From a bacterium (GTDB lineage Bacteria > UBP6 > UBA1177): a DNA stretch of 64,000 nucleotides. Numbering within the stretch: the first letter of the stretch is position 1; every line of letters starts with the position of its first letter. The position numbers were made by a program, and so were the translations under genes. The stretch is from NCBI GenBank assembly GCA_017538365.1, contig JAFYIZ010000047.1, positions 10,197-74,196 of the forward strand. The letters are read 5' to 3'. Under the pieces are notes generated by a model. It saw nothing but the letters and a program-made list of their open reading frames with translations. It searched no databases and was not told where the DNA came from. This document shows positions 20,677-31,403 of the stretch, piece by piece.

Positions 20677-23133
20677 ATGAGAAAATTATTTCAAATCATG
20701 CTGCTTGCAGCGGTTGTTTTGCTTGTTTCCTGCGGTGGAAGCAAAAAATCACAAGATTCATGTCCTGACGGTTATGATTGGTCGGGAACCGACTGCGTAA
20801 AAAGAACAGATCAGAGTGATTCCGGTGATTCTACTGTCACTGATACCGATACTCCGTCGGACGACGGCGACACGGCTGATGACACTGAACCGGATGAAGA
20901 TGCCGACACTGAAGAACCGGACAACGAACAGTCGGATTACAACGGCAGTTGCAAAGAGATCCGCAGCGGAGATGCGTATGAAATAAATGTCGAGACGAAT
21001 AAACTTACTATCGGTAATGTTACGATTAACGGTAAATCCGACAACGCTGCTCTTTACGGTGAAATCTGGGCTGAAAACAGGGAAACTCTTTCGGAATTCA
21101 AACTTGGTGACGTAAATTCCGAGTTTTCAGGCAAAACAGTAAATATCCCGAAAGGAAGATACAGTTTCGCTTTCAGACCTGTTTCTTCGGCAAACAAAGT
21201 CGCGATCGAAGGTCTGGATAATGTTGATATGTCGGTCGGTGACAAAAAACTTGATTTCGATCTTCCGCTTTATCATTTAACGGGAAAGGTCCTCAACAAT
21301 TCAGATGCCGCTTTTACTGTTGAAGAGAGTTATCAGGAGTCCACTCAGCTTGTGGTCAAAAACGGAGCTTTCGAGAAAGTACTTCCTTACAGCGAGTTTG
21401 CTGCTTACGATCTTCTTCTTCCGAAAGGAACTTATTCCGTTTATTTCAAAGGTCAGCTCGCGGCAGGAGAAGGGATTTTTGAAGGAACGGTCATTGATAG
21501 TTCACAAGCTTTTGCGGTCGAAGAAGATACCGAGCGTGATATCAAAATTCAGACGATCACTTTTACCGGTTCAATTGCCAAAAAAGGATATGCCGATGAT
21601 GGTTATGAGGTAAATAAAGGTCAGCTCATTCTTGTCGAAAATCCTCCTTTGGGTGCTAAAAACGGCGTTGTTGTTTCCGATCTTTCTGCGGCATCGGCTT
21701 ACAGCATCACTGTTACTGCCGGCGCTAAGCTCAATCTTCTCTATCTCCCGGAAGCAGATTCTTATCCTGTACGTTATATAAAGCTGGAAACCTGGAGTTC
21801 TGAAACCGAAACTCCTGCATCACACAATATCACGCTTGATTTCGGAAGAGTTTACGGAAAAATCACGTTCCTTGGCGGCAATAGTTTCCCGACGCTTACG
21901 AACTGCTCCGAAGCGGACTGCACGATAGGCAAACTCAAAGCGACGCTGGAAACCTTGTCAATGGATGAAGCTATATCTCTTGTTGTTAAAGATCTCGGCA
22001 CGGATTTGGATACCGATGAAGAAGGAAACGTTGTCGGCGCAACTTATGATGCTCTGCTTGTCAGAAGAAATTTCTTTAAATACACTGATTCGGAAGGGCA
22101 GGAAAAGAGCGAATATATAGGAAAAACCTACGCGATGAATTTCGAAAGCCATCTTAATGATATCAAAGGAGGTTTTACAGCTCTTCCTTTCTCGGTTCCG
22201 GCAACTTATACGAACAGTGAAGGCAACAAGGTTTCGTCGTTTGCTTTCTATGTTACGGAAGCCGACGGAACGAAAACATGGCTCACCGAAAAAAATATTG
22301 ATATTGATGTCTCTCCGAGCAAGGTGACTGGAAAAATCACTCTCAACGGATCGACTTTCGAGACTGATAAATCCGATTTTATCAAGCTCAAAGATTCAAG
22401 CGGTATCGAATATCCGGTTTTGAATTTTTCGGAACTTTCAGGCGGAGAATTTACTTTCTATGCGCCGAAAGGAACTTACGACGTTCTTTATGACGGTGAA
22501 CACATTCTTTTGAACAGCTTTAAAACATACATCGAGCATGATTTTGAAATCGGCGGGAACGGAAACACTCACGACTTTGAGATAAAAACCGGTTCGGTGG
22601 CTTTGGATTTCAATGTAAACGGAACGCCTTTCGCAGAGTGGGTCGAGGCTCAGAAAAATCTTGATGATATGGGACTTGCGGTAAATATCGACAAAACGGC
22701 AAGCGATTTCGTACTCGATCTTTCCAAAAAAGAGGGAAAATACGTTGCTGAAGTTCTTCTCGGTTCGACTGTAAACGCATATCTTGAACTTGTTTTTGCC
22801 GATAAAGTCTCTTCGGAAAAGAGCTATTCCAGAATCAGACTTCTTTCGTCGCAAAACATGACATCGGGAATAACCGTCAAAGACGATCTTACCCTTGTAA
22901 AATCCGATATCTCCGTGAAACTTAACGGAAATGCAGTCAAAGCTTCCGGTTATGCTGCAAAACTCAGGATTCAGGGAACTAATTCGAGTGAGATCTTCTG
23001 TCCGGCTGAAACTGCGGTCAGTGCATTCTTCAAGAAAGGCGAATACAAAAGCCCGACTCCTGAGCTTTTCCTTAACGAAGGTTTTGAAGCAAAGCACAAA
23101 ATACCTCTCAAATGTCTCTATTTCGGTGAATAA
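20677..23133 (+). CDS. Large lipoprotein with D/T-rich linker and repeated beta-rich domains
   Basis: Lipobox LVSC-GG; D/T linker; recurring PKGxYxV motif (three copies); start 20671 or 20677. Confidence 0.75.
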   Translation: MRKLFQIMLLAAVVLLVSCGGSKKSQDSCPDGYDWSGTDCVKRTDQSDSGDSTVTDTDTPSDDGDTADDTEPDEDADTEEPDNEQSDYNGSCKEIRSGDAYEINVETNKLTIGNVTINGKSDNAALYGEIWAENRETLSEFKLGDVNSEFSGKTVNIPKGRYSFAFRPVSSANKVAIEGLDNVDMSVGDKKLDFDLPLYHLTGKVLNNSDAAFTVEESYQESTQLVVKNGAFEKVLPYSEFAAYDLLLPKGTYSVYFKGQLAAGEGIFEGTVIDSSQAFAVEEDTERDIKIQTITFTGSIAKKGYADDGYEVNKGQLILVENPPLGAKNGVVVSDLSAASAYSITVTAGAKLNLLYLPEADSYPVRYIKLETWSSETETPASHNITLDFGRVYGKITFLGGNSFPTLTNCSEADCTIGKLKATLETLSMDEAISLVVKDLGTDLDTDEEGNVVGATYDALLVRRNFFKYTDSEGQEKSEYIGKTYAMNFESHLNDIKGGFTALPFSVPATYTNSEGNKVSSFAFYVTEADGTKTWLTEKNIDIDVSPSKVTGKITLNGSTFETDKSDFIKLKDSSGIEYPVLNFSELSGGEFTFYAPKGTYDVLYDGEHILLNSFKTYIEHDFEIGGNGNTHDFEIKTGSVALDFNVNGTPFAEWVEAQKNLDDMGLAVNIDKTASDFVLDLSKKEGKYVAEVLLGSTVNAYLELVFADKVSSEKSYSRIRLLSSQNMTSGITVKDDLTLVKSDISVKLNGNAVKASGYAAKLRIQGTNSSEIFCPAETAVSAFFKKGEYKSPTPELFLNEGFEAKHKIPLKCLYFGE

Positions 23134-23163
23134 TTCATACATTTTTTCTAATTAGGAGGAATT

Positions 23164-24030
23164 ATGAAACGTGTAGTTACTGTCCAGGATATTTCATGCC
23201 TCGGCAAATGTTCTCTTACCGTTGCACTGCCGGTAATTTCGGCGATGGGTGTTGAAACATGCGTTATTCCGACTGCGGTTCTTTCGACTCATACGGTTTT
23301 CAAAGGTTTTACTTTCCACGATCTGACTGGCGAAATCGCTCCGATTATGGAACACTGGAAAAAGGAAAAATTCCGTTTCGACGCGATATACACAGGTTAT
23401 CTCGGCTCTTTCGAGCAGCTTGAACTTATGAAAAAGCTCATTGACGATTTCGGCGGAAAGGAGACTTTGGCGATAGTTGATCCGTGCATGGCGGATAACG
23501 GCAAGCTTTATCCCGGTTTTACTCAGGAATTTGCTTTTGCGATGGCGAAACTCTGTGCGAAAGCCGATATCGTCGTTCCGAATATGACTGAAGCAAGTTT
23601 CATGCTCGGTGTTCCGTATCGCGCTGGAGGCACTTACGATGAAACTTATCTCAAGAAAATACTTAAGGATATTGCTGCGCTGGGTGCAAAGAAAGTCGTT
23701 CTCAAAGGCGTCGAATTTCCCGAAGACCAGCCGTCGTTCAAAAATGTTGCAGGAAAGATCGGAATCGTTGCCTACGACGCTGAAAACGATGCTTTCTCAA
23801 GCTATTTCCACGAAAAAGTCGACCAGACTTTCCACGGAACGGGCGATATTTTCGCAAGCGTTTTTACCGGCGCTTATCTGAGAGGTTTTACTCTTGAAGA
23901 ATCGTATTCTCTTGCTGCCGATTTCGTTGTCGAAGCTATCAAAGAGACGATGAGGCACGAAAATCGCAACTGGTACGGTGTCGATTTCGAAGCGGTTTTC
24001 CCGTATCTTATCAAGCGTTTGGAACGCTGA
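23164..24030 (+). CDS. pdxK: Pyridoxal/pyridoxamine kinase
   Basis: QDISCLGKCSL, LSTHT, YTGYLGS, VDPCMADNG, PNMTEA, HGTGDIFAS. Confidence 0.92.
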   Translation: MKRVVTVQDISCLGKCSLTVALPVISAMGVETCVIPTAVLSTHTVFKGFTFHDLTGEIAPIMEHWKKEKFRFDAIYTGYLGSFEQLELMKKLIDDFGGKETLAIVDPCMADNGKLYPGFTQEFAFAMAKLCAKADIVVPNMTEASFMLGVPYRAGGTYDETYLKKILKDIAALGAKKVVLKGVEFPEDQPSFKNVAGKIGIVAYDAENDAFSSYFHEKVDQTFHGTGDIFASVFTGAYLRGFTLEESYSLAADFVVEAIKETMRHENRNWYGVDFEAVFPYLIKRLER

Positions 24031-24035
24031 TCTTA

Positions 24036-24704
24036 TTATTTGGTTTCTTTTTCGGCGATTCTGCCGTTTCCTTTGAAAATCGAATTTTCGGGAACAAACC
24101 CGCGAACGCATGAAAGCGGGTAAACTACAGAATTTCTTCCGATTATTGTTCCTGGGTTAAGAACTGAATTGCAGCCGATTTCGGCATTGTCGCCAAGAAT
24201 TGCAGAAAATTTGCGAAGTCCAGTTTCAAGTGTTTCGCCTTCGCAGTGTATTTTGACATTTCCCGGAATCGAGCGGACATTCGAAAGGATGACTCCGGCT
24301 CCGATGTGGGCGTGAAAACCTAAAACCGAGTCTCCGACATAGTTGAAGTGAGGTGTCTGCACTTTGTTGAAAAGAAAACTGTTTTTTATTTCGGTTGAAT
24401 TACCGATTACCGAGTTGTTTCCGATTATCGCACTGCCGCGGATGAAGGCGCTCTGTCTGATTTCGACGTCATGTCCGATGATTGTCGGTCCTTTGATGAA
24501 TGCAGTTTCGGCGATTTCAGTGTTTCTGCCGACCCAGACATTTTCCTTTATCATCGTGTAGTCGCTGCCGAGTGTCGGCCCTTTTTTCAGAATATACTCT
24601 TTGATGAGCGGCAGAATTTCGTGCGGATAATCACAACCCTCGAAAATATCTGCGAAATCGGTTTGCGTTAAATCCAAAAGTGCGTTGATTTTGATTTTTT
24701 CCAT
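24036..24704 (-). CDS. Left-handed beta-helix acyltransferase (GlmU C-terminal-like)
   Basis: Hexapeptide repeats, PHFNYVGDSVLG, GCNSVLNPG. Confidence 0.85.
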   Translation of the reverse strand: MEKIKINALLDLTQTDFADIFEGCDYPHEILPLIKEYILKKGPTLGSDYTMIKENVWVGRNTEIAETAFIKGPTIIGHDVEIRQSAFIRGSAIIGNNSVIGNSTEIKNSFLFNKVQTPHFNYVGDSVLGFHAHIGAGVILSNVRSIPGNVKIHCEGETLETGLRKFSAILGDNAEIGCNSVLNPGTIIGRNSVVYPLSCVRGFVPENSIFKGNGRIAEKETK

Positions 24705-24711
24705 GATTCAC

Positions 24712-25362
24712 CTACCCGAAAATTAAACTTGGAATCAATATAAAAAGGTTGAGGATGAGCTGTGCCGGAATGAGAAGATATTTGAAAGCTCCGGTTACTA
24801 CCAGAACCATGATTATGATGAATCCGTATCTTTCAAGCGTGATGAAGATCCTGTCGTATTCGCGCGGCAGAAAACCGTTTAAAATCCTGCTCCCGTCAAG
24901 CGGCGGTATCGGAATGAGGTTGAAGAAGCACAGCAGAATGTTGAACATGAGCGAGATATAGAAAAAAGTTATAACGATCTCATTCGGGAAAAACCGGTAT
25001 GCAGCAACGTAAAAAAAGGCGCTGATGAATGCTAGAATGAGATTGCTCAAAGGACCTGCCGCAGCTACGATCATCATGCCGCGTCTCATGCTTATGTGAG
25101 GATAAAAACGGTACGGATTGACGGGAACCGGTTTCGCTCCGCCGAAAAAAACTCCGGCTAAAAGGTAACTTAAAAGCGGAACAACGACCGACATCATCGG
25201 ATCAATGTGGGCTATCGGGTTCAATGTGAGCCGGCCGGCGTCTTTGGCAGTCGAATCGCCGAGTTTCAGCGCCGCGAATCCGTGGGCGACTTCGTGGACA
25301 ACCATAGAAAAGAGCAGGGGAATTATGCCGATTGCGATGTAAAATATTTTGTTTCTTACCAT
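24712..25362 (-). CDS. Site-2 protease (M50) family protein
   Basis: HEVAH, GRLTLNPIAHID, AGPLSN, FNLIPIPPLDG. Confidence 0.93.
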   Translation of the reverse strand: MVRNKIFYIAIGIIPLLFSMVVHEVAHGFAALKLGDSTAKDAGRLTLNPIAHIDPMMSVVVPLLSYLLAGVFFGGAKPVPVNPYRFYPHISMRRGMMIVAAAGPLSNLILAFISAFFYVAAYRFFPNEIVITFFYISLMFNILLCFFNLIPIPPLDGSRILNGFLPREYDRIFITLERYGFIIIMVLVVTGAFKYLLIPAQLILNLFILIPSLIFG

Positions 25363-25369
25363 TTTGACC

Positions 25370-25948
25370 TCAACTGTTGTGTTTAAACCCTAATTTTTCA
25401 AGATTTTCGATGACTTCGCAAACCGGAAGTCCGATCACGTTCGAGTGGGAGCCGTTTATTGCTCTGACCATAAACGCCGCCTTGCCCTGAATTGCATAAG
25501 CTCCCGCTTTGTCGTAAGGCTCGTCGGTATCACAGTAAAAAGCGATTTCATCAGCCGAAAGTGTTTTGAACTCAACATCGGTGCTGACTGAAAAAACGGA
25601 AGTTTTTCCTTTGTAGAATATCGCGACACCGGTGCAGACCTGATGAGTTCTGCCGCTGAGTTCCGAGAGGATTCTTTCGGCGTCGGTTCTATTTTTCGGT
25701 TTGCCGATGACTTCGCTTTCCAAAGCGACGACGGTGTCTGCGGAAATAACCGGAATATCATAGTAATCACTTGAATTTACTACTGATTTTCCTTTTTGTT
25801 CAGCTAAAGATTCAACGATTTCGGTCGGTTTTAGCCCCTGTTGGATCTTTTCTTCGCAGCACGGTTTTACAACAATTGGTTCGAAGCCGGCATCTTTCAA
25901 AAGTTCAAACCTTCTCGGAGAGCCTGAAGCAAGCACTATTTTCATCAT
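25370..25948 (-). CDS. maf: Maf family nucleotide pyrophosphatase
   Basis: LASGSPRR, ADTVV, GKP, DKAGAYAIQG, NVIGLP. Confidence 0.95.
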   Translation of the reverse strand: MMKIVLASGSPRRFELLKDAGFEPIVVKPCCEEKIQQGLKPTEIVESLAEQKGKSVVNSSDYYDIPVISADTVVALESEVIGKPKNRTDAERILSELSGRTHQVCTGVAIFYKGKTSVFSVSTDVEFKTLSADEIAFYCDTDEPYDKAGAYAIQGKAAFMVRAINGSHSNVIGLPVCEVIENLEKLGFKHNS

Positions 25949-25977
25949 TTCTATCTCCAAATGCGGCCATGCCTTTT

Positions 25978-26015
25978 TCCCGTCTCCACTTTGGAGAGGG
26001 AATTAAGAGGTGAGG
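25978..26015. repeat. Short palindromic repeat (copy 1) upstream of maf
   Basis: TCTCCA-CTT-TGGAGAGGG...GAGGTGAGG; related copy at 43540-43590. Confidence 0.55.
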
Positions 26016-26172
26016 CCATCAAAAAAACGCGGGATTATACTTGAAAACGGAAGAAAAAACAGATTATTCTTGATTTTGCTATATTAAAAAAAATATTGAC
26101 TTAAAAAGTAAATTCTAGTTATATGGTGCGCTTTTTTGGTGTTTCGTTGAAAATTACATATTGGAGGAAAAT

Positions 26173-29100
26173 TTGAAAAGTCTGAAAGTTTTGTTCTCAT
26201 TGTTTGTTGTTTTTATGACTTTTTCCGTTTTTGCAGGAACTGCATCGGTATTTCCGATGGCTGCGATAGAAGGCGACCGTCTTGCAGCTGACGATATCGA
26301 TCTTTCGATTGAAGAGGTTATTGATGACGTAAAAGGGGCTGATGCAGCCATGTTTACTGATTCTCTCGGAACGAAAGCGAAAAAGGAACTTGCAAAATGC
26401 GGCGAAAATTTGGGCTGCCAGAAGAAATTCATATCCAAGGCAAAGAAAAAATCCGATTTTTACATTTTTTCCAAAATGAAATTCGTCAAAAAGAGCGGAA
26501 AAACGATAATTGAAACTTACCTTGTAGACAACGAAGGCGGAAACCTTGGAAAAGAGAAGGTAAATTTTGATAAAGGCGCTTCCACTGAAAAAATCGCTTC
26601 GAAACTTGTAAAAGTCTGGAGCAAGATGCTTGCATCAAATTCTGTTGCGAAAAGTAAACCTGAAGAGGAAGAAGAAGAGGATGAAGAACCTGTAAGACCT
26701 GCGAAAAAGTCTTACGGAAAAAATACTGATTCTGCGATAAAAGAGGCTCTTGAAGCTTATGCATCAGGTGATCTCAAAGCTGCCGACAAAGCTCTCGAAG
26801 GTGCTGCCGAAAGAGATGTTAAAGCTAAAGAACTCAAAAAGAACATTGCCGAAATAGCAAGGTTCGTTCAGAAGGCAAATGCATCAATCAAAGCTAAAAA
26901 CTACGATGAGGCGATTCCTATAATCGCAAAGGCTGAGAATCTTGATGAAGCGATTCTCGAAATGGGCGCAAGTTCGAGATACCGCGTTTACAAGAAAGAT
27001 TCCGTTGAAAGAGTTGTATATTCCGATCCGAGCGAAAAGGATATCCGCATGGTTGACACGATCCATTCGAGATTCGAAAAACAGCGCGAAAAACTCAGAA
27101 AGGAAAAAGCTAAAACTGTTTCGGAAACAGACACCTGGCTCAACACGAGAATTCTTGAGAGAGAAGCCAAAGTCAAAAAATACGATGAAGATTCGAAGAC
27201 TGCCAAACAGCAGAAAGACACTGAATACAAAGAACTTTCGGAAAGAATCAAAGCGATGAAGTATCAGTGGGAGAAGGACGACAGCGAACTCGAGCAGAAA
27301 ATCGTTGAACTTGAAAACAAGCTTACTCTTTTCGAGCAGAGAGAAAAAGGTGTCACGAAAGGTTCGAACGCTCTTTCGGCTCAGTATGAAAAGGAAATGG
27401 CGAAAGAGATGGCAGATACCGACAAAAAATACGGTGATATCCTTAAAAAGATGAAAGATGAAAAGGAAGCCCGCTACAAAAAGCAGGACGACGAAATCGA
27501 GGCCGGCAATAAAAAGACCGAAGCTGCTATTCTTGCTCTTGAAGCAAAGAAAAAAGCAAACAGCGACAAAATCTCCGAACTTGACAAGAAAATGACTGCA
27601 GAACAGGAAAAGTTCGATGATAACGAAAAGCAGATCATGGCCAAGAACGAAGAAATCAAAATGAAAAACGAGGACGAGGACAGAAAATACAAAGTCGAAG
27701 TCGAAAAAGAGTATCAGGCTAAGTTCGACGACCTCAACAAAAAACTTCAGGATTACGATGCTCAGGAATCGGAAGAGCGCGAAAAACTTAAAAAATACGA
27801 CGCTGCTACTGAAGAATACATGTTCAAAAACGCAGAAGTAATGCAGAAGTATCAGGAAGAGATCGAAAAAGAGCGTGCTACGGTCGAAGCTGAATGTGCA
27901 AAGAATAAGGAGTCGGCTTCCGCAGATGCTGAGAAAGCTTACACCGAAGAACTTGAAAAGCTTAACAAGGAAAAGGCTGACATTGAGGCCAAGATCGCTG
28001 AAAAAGAGACTCCGGCTCTCAAAAAACAACTTGCCGCAGCTGAAAAGAAAATTTCGAAACACGAAGGCGGAAAAGATGCTTTTGTCGCTAAGAAAATGGC
28101 GGCTGTCGAGCAGGAATGCGAAAACAAGAGCATGGCAGTAGACATGAAACTTGCTCAGAAGAGCGACGAACTTAACAAGGACAACACGAAATATCAGAAG
28201 AACCAGCAGGCTGAAAAGAAAAAAGCCGAGGCAAATTTCAAAGCTTTCCAGCAGAGAAAAGATGCTTTCAGAAAGAATATCGACAGTCAGATTTCCGCTG
28301 CACAGAAAGAAAGAGACCGTAAACTTGAAGCACGCGAAAAAGAGAGAAGCAAACAGTCCGAAACATGGAACAAAGAGGCTGCAGCAAGACAGAAAGATCT
28401 TGAAAACAAGCAGAGATCAGACAAAAACGCGAAAGAACGTCTTGTTAAGGAAAACGAAGGCATTGATGCAAATATCGCTATAACAAATGCAAAATGGGCT
28501 GACAAGAGCGACGATATCAAGGTCAAAAACCAGACTGAAAACCAGAAATATGAGAAGACCTGGCAGGAAAAATACGACAAGACCGATGCTGAGTACAAAG
28601 AAAAGAAAGAAGCTATAGAAAACAAATACGCTCAGAAACAGGTTGCCGACAAAGACGCTCAGAAAGCTCAGAAAGAAAAATGGGAAGAGGAAGTTCAGAA
28701 ACTGAACGAAGAGAAGCAGAGAAGAAAAGACGAGAGACAGGCTATTCTTGCGGCTGAGCAGGAAAAATGGAAAGAGAAGACTGCAAAATGGGAAGAGGAA
28801 GAGGCTCAGAGAAAGGAAGAGAAGGCTCAGTTCTCGAAAGATCTGAAAAAACTTGCTGCTGAAGACAAGAAAGATGCTCAGGCTAAAAAGAAAGAAGCCG
28901 ATCAGAAATATGAAGAAGGTATGAAAGAGATCGACGAAAAAGAACTTGAGCAGGTTCGTGCTAAATTCAAAGAGGAATACAAAGTTGCTAAGTCGAGAGA
29001 AGTTGTTGACGTAAAAGGTTCTGAAGATATCTATAAACTTAAGGCGGATGCTTTTGCGAAGAGCGGTCTTTCAAAACTCAACGAAAAGGATCTTATCGGT

Positions 29101-29331
29101 GCAAGAAGAGCGTTCGCTGAGGCTCTCAGAATCGACAGAAACAACCAGATCGCGCTCAACGGCATGAATTCGATCAACGTTACGGCTAAATCGATGTACT
29201 GGGAAGCTTACGGAAAGAGAGAGACCGACAAAGCTAAGGCTAAAGAAATCTTCACGCTTCTCATCAAGACTTTGATGCCTTCAAACGAATTCTTCCTTAA
29301 GGCAAAAACCGCTCTCGAAGAGCTTGAATAA
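26173..29331 (+). CDS. Exported protein with ~700-aa coiled coil and TPR-like ends
   Basis: TTG start after GGAGG; signal peptide; K/E-rich heptads; C-terminal ARRAFAEALRIDRNN TPR-like helix pair. Confidence 0.8.
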   Translation: MKSLKVLFSLFVVFMTFSVFAGTASVFPMAAIEGDRLAADDIDLSIEEVIDDVKGADAAMFTDSLGTKAKKELAKCGENLGCQKKFISKAKKKSDFYIFSKMKFVKKSGKTIIETYLVDNEGGNLGKEKVNFDKGASTEKIASKLVKVWSKMLASNSVAKSKPEEEEEEDEEPVRPAKKSYGKNTDSAIKEALEAYASGDLKAADKALEGAAERDVKAKELKKNIAEIARFVQKANASIKAKNYDEAIPIIAKAENLDEAILEMGASSRYRVYKKDSVERVVYSDPSEKDIRMVDTIHSRFEKQREKLRKEKAKTVSETDTWLNTRILEREAKVKKYDEDSKTAKQQKDTEYKELSERIKAMKYQWEKDDSELEQKIVELENKLTLFEQREKGVTKGSNALSAQYEKEMAKEMADTDKKYGDILKKMKDEKEARYKKQDDEIEAGNKKTEAAILALEAKKKANSDKISELDKKMTAEQEKFDDNEKQIMAKNEEIKMKNEDEDRKYKVEVEKEYQAKFDDLNKKLQDYDAQESEEREKLKKYDAATEEYMFKNAEVMQKYQEEIEKERATVEAECAKNKESASADAEKAYTEELEKLNKEKADIEAKIAEKETPALKKQLAAAEKKISKHEGGKDAFVAKKMAAVEQECENKSMAVDMKLAQKSDELNKDNTKYQKNQQAEKKKAEANFKAFQQRKDAFRKNIDSQISAAQKERDRKLEAREKERSKQSETWNKEAAARQKDLENKQRSDKNAKERLVKENEGIDANIAITNAKWADKSDDIKVKNQTENQKYEKTWQEKYDKTDAEYKEKKEAIENKYAQKQVADKDAQKAQKEKWEEEVQKLNEEKQRRKDERQAILAAEQEKWKEKTAKWEEEEAQRKEEKAQFSKDLKKLAAEDKKDAQAKKKEADQKYEEGMKEIDEKELEQVRAKFKEEYKVAKSREVVDVKGSEDIYKLKADAFAKSGLSKLNEKDLIGARRAFAEALRIDRNNQIALNGMNSINVTAKSMYWEAYGKRETDKAKAKEIFTLLIKTLMPSNEFFLKAKTALEELE

Positions 29332-29343
29332 AAGAGGTGTGAA

Positions 29344-29766
29344 ATGCAGAACACAGTAGCTCCTGTAATAATCAAAGGGCAGTACAAAGGCGGGCTTCGC
29401 AATGAAATGACCCACCTTAAATCGAACAACACCATTATGACTGATGCTCCGACCGACAACCACGGCAAAGGTGAAGCTTTTTCACCGACTGACCTCGTCT
29501 GCGGAGCACTTGCTGCGTGCATGATGACGATCATGGGAATTACCGCGCAGACTCACGAATTCGATATCGACGGAACTACTTACGAAATCAAAAAGACGAT
29601 GGCTACTGATCCGCGCCGCATCGGACAGATCGACATCACAGTCAACTTTCCGAAGCACGATTATACCGACAAACAGAAGGCTATGCTTAAGGCTGCAGCA
29701 GACACCTGCCCGGTAGCAAAGACGCTCGGCTCTGAAGTCGTTATAAATCTTACCTTGAATTTCTAA
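29344..29766 (+). CDS. OsmC family protein
   Basis: TDAPTDNHGKGEAFSPTDL, ACMMTIMG, CPV. Confidence 0.92.
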   Translation: MQNTVAPVIIKGQYKGGLRNEMTHLKSNNTIMTDAPTDNHGKGEAFSPTDLVCGALAACMMTIMGITAQTHEFDIDGTTYEIKKTMATDPRRIGQIDITVNFPKHDYTDKQKAMLKAAADTCPVAKTLGSEVVINLTLNF

Positions 29767-29834
29767 TAATTTTCTTAAAATCAACATAGGTCAACTGTCA
29801 GTTCAGATAATCCGCCAACACTCAGCCAAAAAGC

Positions 29835-29890
29835 CGTCATTCTGAGTGCAACGAAGAATCCATGGATCTTTCGTGATGCTCAAGATGACG
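29835..29890. repeat. CGTC-type REP-like palindrome between convergent osmC and tdk
   Basis: CGTCATTCTGAGTGCAACGAAGAATC-catg-GATCTTTCGTGATGCTCAAGATGACG; related copy at 61452-61508. Confidence 0.75.
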
Positions 29891-29920
29891 TATAATCGTG
29901 TTGAAATAAGAACTGGAAAG

Positions 29921-30508
29921 TTATTCTTGTTTGTTGCCGAGATTTCCTTCAGCCCAGTGTTTGCGGCAGAGTGCGACGTAGCTTTCATTGCCGCCGAGCA
30001 TGACCTGTTCGCCCTCTTTGACCACTTTGCCGTCAACGACTCTGGCGTTCATGATCGCTTTTTTTGAGCACCAGCAGACGGTTTTGATCTCTTCGATCGT
30101 GTCTGCCATGGCAAGAAGGCGTTCGCTTCCGGGGAAAAGATTGCCTGCAAAATCGGCGCGCAGACCATAAGCGATGACCGGAATATTGAGTTCATCGACT
30201 ACGCGGCATAGCTGCATGACCTGTTTTGCTGTGAGAAACTGCGCTTCGTCTATTATCACGCAGTCGATTTTTGTTGAGTCGTTCATTATGCTGACAGTTT
30301 CAAATGCATCGTCGTTTGGGCTTAAAATATATGCCTTTTTTGCGAGACCGACTCTGCTTTTTACGATGTCAATGCCGTCGCGCGTGTCAATTGAAGGCTT
30401 GAAAATGACGGCGTTCTGATTTCTTTCGAAGTAGTTGTATTCGACCATGAGGGCGTTTGAAGTTTTGCTTGCCCCCATTGCACCGTATCTGAAGTAAAGT
30501 TTAGCCAT
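29921..30508 (-). CDS. tdk: Thymidine kinase
   Basis: LYFRYGAMGASKT, DEAQFL, YGLRADF, CWC...YVALCRKH. Confidence 0.96.
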   Translation of the reverse strand: MAKLYFRYGAMGASKTSNALMVEYNYFERNQNAVIFKPSIDTRDGIDIVKSRVGLAKKAYILSPNDDAFETVSIMNDSTKIDCVIIDEAQFLTAKQVMQLCRVVDELNIPVIAYGLRADFAGNLFPGSERLLAMADTIEEIKTVCWCSKKAIMNARVVDGKVVKEGEQVMLGGNESYVALCRKHWAEGNLGNKQE

Positions 30509-30523
30509 AGATCAGCCTTTTGA

Positions 30524-31276
30524 TCAGTCGATAGTGTTCCATTCCAAAGGTTCGAGTTTATAGCATTTACCGTTTTCGACTTCTATGTAGACGCCGTTTT
30601 CCTCATCAATCAGGAGTTCGTAAAAAACGATGGCTGTCGTATCGATTTTCAATTTCATGTAGTCGTCTGCATCGACATCTTCAATGTGGATTGAACCGCT
30701 TTTTGCGATGTAATTCTTTTTAAACCACCACATACTTGCATCAAAGTCATTGTATAGGAAAACAAGGGTGCCGTTTTCAGCATTCGGATCGAGATTTTCC
30801 AGAGAAATAGTTTCGCCTTTGAGTTCGGTGACGTTTTTGGAGAACTTTGCCTCGATGAAAAACAGAGGCGGCGTCTCATCTTCATAAGTTTCCGAATCAT
30901 AAAGCCAGATATCGATTTCATTGTCGTCCATCTTGCGGACATCTTTCGATTTGTAAACAATTGTTTCGCAGTTGCTGTCGTCTATAACATCGTTGTTACC
31001 GGTGTCGGTGTTGTCCGTATCATCTGTAGTATCGCCTGTATCGGTTACTTCCTCATCATTAGTCGTATCGCTGTCATCAGGCAGACCTGGCGTGTTGTTT
31101 TCTTCATCGTTTGAGGAATCGGTGTCGGTTTTCTCTTCATCTGTTGCTGAATCGCCGGTGTCGCTGTCGGAATCGGTAACGGTGTCGCCTGTGTCGGTTT
31201 CGTCATTACTGTCGCCGCAGGAAACAAAAATCATCATTGACAAAACCAAAAGTGAAATTTCGAAAAACTTTTTCAT
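30524..31276 (-). CDS. Lipoprotein with D/T-rich linker
   Basis: Lipobox FVSC; ~80-aa acidic linker; C-terminal domain similar to part of 43684-45345. Confidence 0.75.
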   Translation of the reverse strand: MKKFFEISLLVLSMMIFVSCGDSNDETDTGDTVTDSDSDTGDSATDEEKTDTDSSNDEENNTPGLPDDSDTTNDEEVTDTGDTTDDTDNTDTGNNDVIDDSNCETIVYKSKDVRKMDDNEIDIWLYDSETYEDETPPLFFIEAKFSKNVTELKGETISLENLDPNAENGTLVFLYNDFDASMWWFKKNYIAKSGSIHIEDVDADDYMKLKIDTTAIVFYELLIDEENGVYIEVENGKCYKLEPLEWNTID

Positions 31277-31403
31277 AAGAGCCTCCCAAAAAAATTGAAC
31301 AAATAAAACCGCCCCATTATACGGATATTGCGAAAAAAAACCAGATTGAGGGAGTTTCCGTTATTTTGCTTGAAAAAAACGATAAAAATGTAAGTTTTTC
31401 GGA

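Noticed and set aside
26884-28062. 392-aa Phe/Leu-rich minus-strand ORF
   Set aside because: Antisense shadow of the Lys/Glu-rich coiled-coil gene
26173-29331. SMC/SbcC ATPase or phage tape-measure protein
   Set aside because: No Walker or ABC signature motifs, a signal peptide is present, and there are no phage genes nearby
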